From the NCBI RefSeq assembly GCF_037335815.1, contig NZ_CP147841.1:1234591-1298590 (forward strand): a DNA stretch of 64,000 nucleotides, written 5' to 3'. How positions within the stretch are numbered: position 1 is the stretch's first letter; every line of letters begins with the position of its first letter. The notes under the pieces were generated by a model. The model ran no database searches and was not told where the DNA came from. It worked only from the letters and a program-made list of their open reading frames with translations. Shown piece by piece: positions 56,050-64,000 of this stretch. The stretch comes from Salinirubellus litoreus. GTDB taxonomy: Archaea > Halobacteriota > Halobacteria > Halobacteriales > Haloarculaceae. The position numbers and the translations under genes were made by a program.

Positions 56050-56787
56050 ATGAGCCTCGCGGAGTTCGTCGACCAGGTCGCCGACCGCCGCAAGCGGATC
56101 ACCGTCTACGGGCCCGAACCGCCGGAGGACGTCGCCGACCTGTTCGAGACGTGGAACGTCACCGTCGACTACGAGCACCTGCCGACGGCCCCGGAGGACG
56201 CCTTCATCACGGTCCACGAGGGCGAGGAATTCCTGGGTGGGGTGAGCGCGGCCGCGCTGGCGACACTCACCACCCCCACCGTGGGCGAGCCCTGGGGGGA
56301 GTCCGACCGCGAGGAGAGCTATCGCGAACTACTGGAACTGCTCGACGACACGCTGTTCTTCTCGCAAAACCGCCGTCAGCTGCTGGCGACCTCCCGGGAG
56401 TTCGAGGAACGGGCCTGGCGACGCGGCACGGGAGCGCTCCACGCGACGTTCCAGTCCGAGGACGCCTTCGGTCCGCAGGTCAGCGTGTACGGGCGACTGG
56501 CCGGACAGTCCGACCTCGGGGTCCACGTTTACGCACCCGAGGCGTGGCGGCCCGTCGAGGCCGCCCCCGAGTGGGCACCCTCCACCGACGGCGTCCACTG
56601 GCACCACGCCGACGCCGAGGAGCTCCACCGGACCTGGCTCGTCGCCTACGACGGCGGTGAGGACCCCGAACAGAAGTGCGCGCTGGTCGCCTTCGAGGAA
56701 CGCGAGGACGAGTACGAGGGGTTCTGGACGTACGACCCGATGCTCGTCGACGATATAATCGACTATCTCTGGCGGAACTACCGATAG
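56050..56787 (+). CDS. hypothetical protein (possible DICT-like sensory domain), starts 4 nt after previous stop
   Basis: 245 aa acidic ORF; ATG at 56050. Confidence 0.5.
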   Translation: MSLAEFVDQVADRRKRITVYGPEPPEDVADLFETWNVTVDYEHLPTAPEDAFITVHEGEEFLGGVSAAALATLTTPTVGEPWGESDREESYRELLELLDDTLFFSQNRRQLLATSREFEERAWRRGTGALHATFQSEDAFGPQVSVYGRLAGQSDLGVHVYAPEAWRPVEAAPEWAPSTDGVHWHHADAEELHRTWLVAYDGGEDPEQKCALVAFEEREDEYEGFWTYDPMLVDDIIDYLWRNYR

Positions 56788-56853
56788 CACCCCCCGTCGT
56801 GGTTGCCGTGCGGCGAACGAGCAGTCATGCCCGGTGAGGCCGTAGTCGGGCCC

Positions 56854-57327
56854 ATGTACTCGACGATACTCCACCCGACCGACGGCAGCGAGGCGTCGAC
56901 GGCGGCCGCCGACCACGCCATCGAACTGGCGAGTACGAACGACGCCACCCTCCGTCTGCTCTACGTGGTCGACGTGAGCACGCTCGCGGCCGACGACTTC
57001 GGAACGGTCCTGCTCGACAGCCTGGAGGAGAACGGCCGGGCGGCCCTCGACGACCTCGCGGCGCGTGCCGAGGCGGCCGGCGTCGAGTGCGTCACCGTCG
57101 TCGAGACGGGCACCCCCCACCGCGAGATCGTCGCCGACGTGGAGGGCTCGGACGTGGATCTCGTCGTGATGGGGACGCACGGACGAACGGGCCTCGACCG
57201 GTTCCTGCTCGGGAGCGTCGCCGAGCGCGTCGTCCGCACTGCCGGCGTCCCCGTGCTCGTCGTCCCGCCGGAACGGGGCGGGGAGAGCGAGGGGACGGAC
57301 GAGACGAGCGAGGCGGGCACGGAGTAG
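56854..57327 (+). CDS. universal stress protein (UspA family)
   Basis: ATG verified at 56854; ILHPTDGSEAS, MGTHGRTGLDRFLLGSVAERV, VLVVP motifs. Confidence 0.8.
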   Translation: MYSTILHPTDGSEASTAAADHAIELASTNDATLRLLYVVDVSTLAADDFGTVLLDSLEENGRAALDDLAARAEAAGVECVTVVETGTPHREIVADVEGSDVDLVVMGTHGRTGLDRFLLGSVAERVVRTAGVPVLVVPPERGGESEGTDETSEAGTE

Positions 57328-57404
57328 TCCAGAGGACCGCGCGAGTCCTCGAGGGCACCGATCACGCCGTCACCCGGCCAGGAGCGACTGTTGCACGATT
57401 TATA

Positions 57405-58486
57405 ATGTCCGCTGGCTTAGCCGTACGGATGGGTGTCGACCGGACACGGCGGGCGATACTGCGGCTCGGTAGCGCCGGTCTCGCCGCCGGGGTCGCGGGG
57501 TGTTCGATCCCGCTCGACGGCGAGGATCGAGGCCGGACGGCCACGGTGACGCCCGCGCCGCTGCCGACGGTCGACGCCGATAGATCCCGGCTGCCGCCGG
57601 TCGGTGCGGTGGTCGAGTTCGGTCCGCTCGAACTGCTCGTCGAGAGCGTCGAGCGCTCCGATCGGGCCACCGTGCTCGGGACCGAGATCAGGCTGGTCGA
57701 CGACGACGAGTTCCTCGCCGTCGAGACCCTCTTTTTGAACACGAGCGATCGGTACCTCGCGGTCGACGTCGACCGGTACGAGGTGGCCCACGGGACGGGG
57801 GTCGCCGAGCCGATCGAGCCGTTCGCCGGGCTCGCCGCGTCGAGCTTCGGTGGCTGGGCGTTCGCGCCGGGCGAGCGACGGCGGGTACGGCTCCACTACA
57901 AGATCCCGCCCAGGGCCGCCGACGCGCGACTCCGCGGGTCGGTTCGGATCCGCTCGCTCCCCGACGAGGCGACTGCCGTCGCCGTCCTCGAGATCGATCT
58001 GACCTCGGTGACTGCCGATTCCACCGGGCTAGAGGGGTCGCTCTCGGCACCGGTTCGCGAGGTCGGCAAGGGGGCCGCCGCGTCCGGGCTCTCGGTGACC
58101 GTCCGCGACGTCGCGGTCCCGGTCGCGGTGCCGAACTGGACGCCGCCTCCCGGACGCGAGCACCTCGCGCTCTCGCTCTCGGTCACGAACGAGGTCGAGC
58201 CCGGGCGACCGATAGTCGTCGCGCTAGGGCGGTTCGGCGGGCTGACGCTGGCCGATCCCCGGGGGACGGCGTTCACCGAGGAGGTCCGGTTCGACGGGAC
58301 GCTCGCGGACGAGCGCCGCTACGACGGCTCGTCGGCGCTCCTCACGGGCGAGACCCGTGAGGGGGTACTGGCGATCCCGGTGCCGGTCGAGGCCTCCCGC
58401 TCTACCTGTTCTGGACGCCGCCGGTCGCGCTCTGGGAGGTCGGGACGGAGGTCGCGATCAACCGGTTCGTCTGGCGGCTCCGCTGA
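57405..58486 (+). CDS. Tat-signal lipoprotein, reading frame broken near 58391-58400 (apparent single-C indel); C-terminus continues in another frame to TGA at 58484-58486
   Basis: MSAGLAVRMGVDRTRRAILRLGSAGLAAGVAGCS (Tat + lipobox); frame 0 loses coding signature after ...VLAIPVPVEA, alternative frame GC3-rich (L)PLYLFWTPPVALWEVGTEVAINRFVWRLR*; track ORF 57087..59894 is a composite. Confidence 0.45.
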
Positions 58487-58488
58487 AC

Positions 58489-58881
58489 TCACCGGAACCC
58501 GAGCACCCGATACCGGTGGGCGAGGTACGCGACGGCGACCAACGTTCCCAGCCCGGGGACGAAGACGGCGTAGTAGTACCCCGGGGGGACGCGCCCGGTC
58601 CGGGAGGCGACGTACAGCCCGTCGTAGTGGACGGCCAGGGGGCTCGCCAGCCAGTTCCCGACCACGACCGCCCAGTAGAGCGGGACGAGCAGCCGGCCGC
58701 CGGCCGGCAGGTACGCGCCGGCGACGCCCGCGAACCACAGGAGGAACGCCGACACGGGGATCACGGTGGCGACGACCGCGACGGGGACCCACCAGAGCGA
58801 ACTGCCCGGGGCGTCGGCCACCGCGAACACGAGCTCCTCCTCGGTGCTGTCGGCCTTCGTGGGGGCCCGCGACCGGCTCAT
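58489..58881 (-). CDS. small membrane protein (130 aa)
   Basis: M51 of track ORF; three TM helices (LWWVPVAVVATVIPVSAFLLWFAGVAGAYL...); stop 2 nt from convergent lipoprotein stop; ATGA overlap with upstream Cys-rich gene. Confidence 0.45.
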   Translation of the reverse strand: MSRSRAPTKADSTEEELVFAVADAPGSSLWWVPVAVVATVIPVSAFLLWFAGVAGAYLPAGGRLLVPLYWAVVVGNWLASPLAVHYDGLYVASRTGRVPPGYYYAVFVPGLGTLVAVAYLAHRYRVLGFR

Positions 58882-59429
58882 CGCTCGTCGTCGTACCGCT
58901 CGGCGGCCGTGGCGAAGCCGGTCTCGTCGAGCTCTCGCGAGCGCCGCCCCTCGGCGGCCGCCACCGCCTCGGGATCGGGCGAGGCGTCGTCGTCGATGCG
59001 CGCCCAGGACCGGTGGACCTTCGCGTGACACCAGCGACAGAGGTAGACCGTCACCTCGTGAGCCGGTTCGTCCCCCGCTCGCTGGGGTGTGTCGGCCGAT
59101 CCGTCGCGGTAGGAGAGGTGGTGCTCCTCGAGCAGCGGTCGCTCAATCGAGTTGGCGACGCGGTGTTCCTCCAGCCCACACCGGACGCACTCGCGGTCGT
59201 GCTGGCGGGCCCGGAAGTGCGGGCAGTCCTTCCACTCCCACTCGCCGTGGGGGTCGGCGGCCGGACACCGCAGGTCGTCCGCCCGGCGCTCGGCGGCGAA
59301 CTCCGGATCGTTCTCGGCGCGCTCGACGGCGTAGCGACACCGGCCGTCGTCGGTGAGGTGGTCGCATCGCTCGACGAACGCGTAGGGGTCGTCGACGCCC
59401 ACGGAGGTGCCACCGGGGGCCTTCTCCAT
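58878..59429 (-). CDS. Cys/His-rich putative zinc-binding protein (183 aa)
   Basis: ATG at complement 59427-59429; C..C pairs: CDHLTDDGRC, CPAADPHGEWEWKDC, CVRCG, CRWCHAKVH. Confidence 0.55.
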   Translation of the reverse strand: MEKAPGGTSVGVDDPYAFVERCDHLTDDGRCRYAVERAENDPEFAAERRADDLRCPAADPHGEWEWKDCPHFRARQHDRECVRCGLEEHRVANSIERPLLEEHHLSYRDGSADTPQRAGDEPAHEVTVYLCRWCHAKVHRSWARIDDDASPDPEAVAAAEGRRSRELDETGFATAAERYDDER

Positions 59430-59534
59430 GCCCGGAAGTGGGACGCGCGGCGCTTGAACCTGACGCGGCCTCGTCCGCGCTCGCGGTTCGATTCCCCGCC
59501 AACCGTTTTGTCCCGGCGTCGAGTCGCTCGGACC

Positions 59535-59894
59535 GTGCGCGTCGTTCACCGACCGTCGGGCGGGCCGGAGCGGACACTCGCCACGGACGTCGACGTGGCC
59601 GACTCCCTCCTCGGGAGGGCCCGCGGGCTGATGTTCCGCCGGTCGATACCCGATGACTACGCGCTCGTCTTCCCGTTCGGGAGACCCGTAACGCGGGGGC
59701 TCCACATGGTCTGTGTGCCCTTCGACATCGACGCGGTCTGGCTCGTCGACGGTCGGGTCCAGCGCGCGACGCGACTCCGGGCCTGGCGGGGGTTCGGCCG
59801 AGCCTGGGGGGATACGGTCCTCGAACTCCCCGCGGGGGCCGCCGACGGCGTCGACCCCGGGGACCGCGTCGATCTGGTCGGCGCGGGGCAGTAG
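59535..59894 (+). CDS. DUF192 (COG1430) domain protein
   Basis: C-terminal part of track ORF 57087..59894: RARGLMFRRSIPDDYALVFPFGRPVTRGLHMVCVPFDIDAVWLVDGRV matches DUF192 core (GLM.R..L....G..F.F......FWM.N...P.D..F.D); GTG/TTG start near 59506-59535. Confidence 0.45.
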   Translation: MRVVHRPSGGPERTLATDVDVADSLLGRARGLMFRRSIPDDYALVFPFGRPVTRGLHMVCVPFDIDAVWLVDGRVQRATRLRAWRGFGRAWGDTVLELPAGAADGVDPGDRVDLVGAGQ

Positions 59895-59955
59895 CGACCC
59901 CGCCGGACGACCTCGGAGAGACAAATTTTATAGACACTCTCAACGGTTTCCGTGT

Positions 59956-61305
<1,350 letters not shown>

Positions 61306-61376
61306 CCGCCCGGGCCCGACCTCGGGCCGCCGCGGACCGCCACCACTACTACCACCCCCGTCGCTACCACCGAACC

Positions 61377-62372
61377 ATGACCGACGAGACGGACGGGACG
61401 GACGGAGCGGACGAGTTCGACGTCCTCGTCCTCCGGCACGGGACCGAGGGGCTCTCGATGGAGTCGTACGCCGAGGCGCTGCGCGAGCGTCTCCCCGACA
61501 GGGACGTTCGGCTGGCGCGCACGCCCGGCCAGGAGCGCGACCTGGTTGGGGGAGCGCGGATCGTGACGGGGAGGAACATCGACGAGTCGCTGATCGACCG
61601 TGCGGAGCGGCTCGAACTGTTCGCGTGTACGTTCGCCGGGACCGACCACGTCCCGACCGACGCGCTGGCCGAGCGCGGCGTCGCGGTGACGAACGCGGGC
61701 GGCATCCACGCGCCCGGTATCGCGGAGGGCGCTATCGGGCAGATGCTCACGTTCGCCCGGCGACTCGACGAGGGGTGGCGACGGAAGGGGAACCACGAGT
61801 GGCGGCACTTCCAGTCGAACGAGTTCATGGGTTCGACGGTCACCGTCGTCGGCCTGGGCTCGATCGGGCGGGCGCTCGTCGAGCGACTCGAGGGGTTCGG
61901 CGTCGAGACGATCGGCGTCCGCTACACCCCCTCGAAGGGCGGACCGACGGACGAGGTGATCGGCTTCGAGACCGAACCGCTCCACGAGGCGCTCTCGCGG
62001 ACCGACTACCTGGTGATCGCCTGCCCGCTGACCGACGAAACCAGAGGACTGATCGACGCCGAGGCGTTCGCGACCCTCCCCCCGGAGGCCGTCCTCGTGA
62101 ACGTCGCCCGGGGTGGCATCGTCGACACTGGGGCGCTGATGGACGCGATCCAGGACAACGGCATCCGGGGGGCGGCCCTGGACGTGACCGACCCCGAACC
62201 GCTCCCCCCGGACCACCCGCTCTGGCGGTTCGAGAACGTCCTCATCACGCCACACACGGGCGGGCACACCCCCCAGCACTGGCCCCGCCTCGCGGATATC
62301 GTGGCGCGGAACGTCGACCGGCTCGACTCGGGCGATCCGCTCGAGAACCTGGTCCGCGCGCCGGAGGAGTGA
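61377..62372 (+). CDS. D-isomer-specific 2-hydroxyacid dehydrogenase family
   Basis: ATG verified; GLGSIGRALVERL NAD-binding, catalytic R/E/H context (NVARGGIVD, ITPHTGG). Confidence 0.85.
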   Translation: MTDETDGTDGADEFDVLVLRHGTEGLSMESYAEALRERLPDRDVRLARTPGQERDLVGGARIVTGRNIDESLIDRAERLELFACTFAGTDHVPTDALAERGVAVTNAGGIHAPGIAEGAIGQMLTFARRLDEGWRRKGNHEWRHFQSNEFMGSTVTVVGLGSIGRALVERLEGFGVETIGVRYTPSKGGPTDEVIGFETEPLHEALSRTDYLVIACPLTDETRGLIDAEAFATLPPEAVLVNVARGGIVDTGALMDAIQDNGIRGAALDVTDPEPLPPDHPLWRFENVLITPHTGGHTPQHWPRLADIVARNVDRLDSGDPLENLVRAPEE

Positions 62373-62376
62373 GGGC

Positions 62377-63045
62377 TCAGTCGTTCCTGGGGGTCGGTCC
62401 CGTGTCCCCGTCGTGCGCCCGGAGGATCCGCTCGTAGTAGGGGATCATTATCTCCATGGCCTGCCTCCAGTGGTCCTCGGTGTGCATGTCGTGGAGTTCG
62501 ACCGCGAGGAGGTAGCGCGCGGCCTCGGGGCCGTAGCCGGACTGGCCCTGATGGGGCTTGTGGGGGTACTCGGGGTCGGCCATCGCCGCCCGGAGCTCGT
62601 ACATCTGCGCGCGCTGCATCGGCTGGGCGTAGTCCCCGCCCACCTTGTGTCGCTTCCAGGCGACCGTGCTGTCCGGGGCGTACTGCGGGTCCATGCCGAC
62701 CAGCGCGGCGCGCTCGGCGAACGCCTCCTCGACGGGGCTCCAGTCGGCCTCGGCCAGCGCGTCGTAGTCGAGCTCGCCGTCGACCGTACACGTCGCCTCG
62801 ACGTCGTCCTTCGCCCACAGCGCGTCGACGTACGCGGCGGCCGCCGCCCGGGTCGTCGAGGGGTCGAGGTGGGCGAACTGGTATCGGTCGACGACCGCGA
62901 AGGCGTCGATCGCCTTCTCCCGCTCGCGCCGGTCGTGCCACCGGAACCCGAGGCAGATCTGTTCTGCCATCTCGCTCGCGACGTCTCTCGCGGGCTCGTC
63001 CCCGAAGACGGCCGAACTCGCCCCGTGGTCGGCCGAACTACTCAT
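62377..63045 (-). CDS. hypothetical protein (222 aa from ATG 63045; track ATG 63120 alternative)
   Basis: acidic GC3-rich ORF; no recognised domain. Confidence 0.5.
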   Translation of the reverse strand: MSSSADHGASSAVFGDEPARDVASEMAEQICLGFRWHDRREREKAIDAFAVVDRYQFAHLDPSTTRAAAAAYVDALWAKDDVEATCTVDGELDYDALAEADWSPVEEAFAERAALVGMDPQYAPDSTVAWKRHKVGGDYAQPMQRAQMYELRAAMADPEYPHKPHQGQSGYGPEAARYLLAVELHDMHTEDHWRQAMEIMIPYYERILRAHDGDTGPTPRND

Positions 63046-63421
63046 TGTCACCCCACGAGGTGCCACCGTCGGCGGACGGGGCCGCCCGATCGCTCCCGAG
63101 GCCGCTCCGCGTCGATCCATCGTGCTCAGCTACCCTGCCGGGGGTCGTCGGGGTCGTCGTCGACATATTTTCACCAATCACGGGACGTAGTAAAAACTGG
63201 ACGCAGTGACTTCAGATTCTGAAGAAACCCCGGGCGGAGTACCGCATATTCTGGTGATACATCGAGAGGCATGTGTGGTTTAGCTCGCTACATCCGCGTA
63301 CGGATCTACAGGTCATAAACTCCTGATCCGGCTCAGAATCCGATCCACGCTCCCTTCGCCACGAACCGGACGTGGCTCGCGGGGGTGCGACCGTCCCGAC
63401 CGGGCCACGGTTCGGTCGCCC

Positions 63422-64000
63422 TCAGAGGAGTTCGCGCGGGAACTCGGCGAACGTCTCCGCGCCGTCGTTCGTCACCCTGAACGTCTCGCTGATCTCGACG
63501 CCGAACTCGTCGTACCAGATGCCGGGGATGAGGTGGAACGTCATGTCCTCCTCGAGCACGGTGGTGTCCCCGGGGCGGAGGCTGGCGGTGTGTTCGCCCC
63601 AGTCCGGCGGATAGCCGAGCCCGCAGGCGTAGCCGATGCGGGACTCCTTCTCGATCCCGTACTCGGCGATGACCTCCCGCCAGGCGGCCTCGATCGACTC
63701 CGCGGTCACGCCCGGCTCGACGGCGTCGAGCGCCGCCTCGAGCCCTTCGACGACTATCCCGGCGGTCTCGTCCATCTCTCTCGGGGGATCGCCCACGTTC
63801 ACGGTGCGGGCCATCGGGCAGTGATACCGGTGTTTGCAGCCGGCGAGTTCGATGATGACCGGATCGCCCTCCTCGAACTCCCGGTCGCTCCAGGAGAGGT
63901 GTGGCGTCCCCGTGAACTCCCCCGAGGGCATCAGCGGGGCGATCGCGGGGTAGTCCCCGCCGTCGGCCTCGACCCCCTCGATGAGCGCCTCGTAGATGGC
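63422..64000 (-). CDS. M24 family metallopeptidase (creatinase/prolidase fold), partial - N-terminus beyond window end
   Basis: reading frame continues open upstream of track start 63931 (…AIYEALIEGVEADGGDYPAIAPLMPSGEF…) to window edge; pita-bread C-terminal domain-like sequence. Confidence 0.5.
   Translation of the reverse strand, partial: AIYEALIEGVEADGGDYPAIAPLMPSGEFTGTPHLSWSDREFEEGDPVIIELAGCKHRYHCPMARTVNVGDPPREMDETAGIVVEGLEAALDAVEPGVTAESIEAAWREVIAEYGIEKESRIGYACGLGYPPDWGEHTASLRPGDTTVLEEDMTFHLIPGIWYDEFGVEISETFRVTNDGAETFAEFPRELL

Noticed and set aside
57087-59894. 935-aa single ORF
   Set aside because: It is a composite. Only residues from about 107 (Tat lipoprotein, with frame break) and the last ~120 aa (DUF192) show coding signature. 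The middle is R-rich junk overlapping two real minus-strand genes.

Overview
This window is a high-GC (about 65-67%) haloarchaeal (class Halobacteria) chromosomal segment. The evidence is acidic D/E-rich proteomes, GC3-rich codons, Tat lipoproteins and archaeal-specific genes (thermosome, sn-glycerol-1-phosphate dehydrogenase, FO synthase CofH, archaeal 3-dehydroquinate synthase II, archaeal ProRS). It is mostly core genome. I support about 60 protein genes, one tRNA-Arg(UCU) and no rRNA or CRISPR. The protein genes include thermosome, glutamate synthase large subunit, ProRS, aroD, aroB', egsA, cstA, several peptidases, an ArsA/GET3-like ATPase and a MoxR-DUF58-vWA cluster.

Features that stand out:
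- A MoxR AAA+ ATPase gene is interrupted in its conserved QNPIxQEG|TY motif by a ~594-aa LAGLIDADG-type intein with an apparent Ser1 nucleophile.
- Three copies of a hairpin-rich, modular palindromic intergenic repeat family lie at 11.5, 21.0 and 25.5 kb. They share termini GGGACTGAAAGGGGCC and CGGGGGCTTTCGAGGTG, and one copy is a head-to-head dimer. Stems show compensatory changes between copies.
- Two copies of a ~80-90-nt nested-hairpin element sit exactly at convergent gene junctions (33.4 and 35.5 kb), again with compensatory stem substitutions.
- A 460-bp ORF-free convergent gap with local low GC is closed by a long-range stem and could hold an ncRNA.
- A 600-bp ORF-free gap between gltB and proS carries phased CTCGAAC repeats and hairpin plus T-run terminator signatures.
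- Near-perfect 28-bp inverted repeats flank an M29 aminopeptidase gene.
- Two ORFs are broken at homopolymer runs.
- A probable orphan beta-class DNA methyltransferase lies next to the tRNA.

Many long R/P/G-rich ORFs in the six-frame track are judged spurious shadow frames. Coordinates of internal starts were derived by codon arithmetic from track ORF ends and may be off by a few nt.
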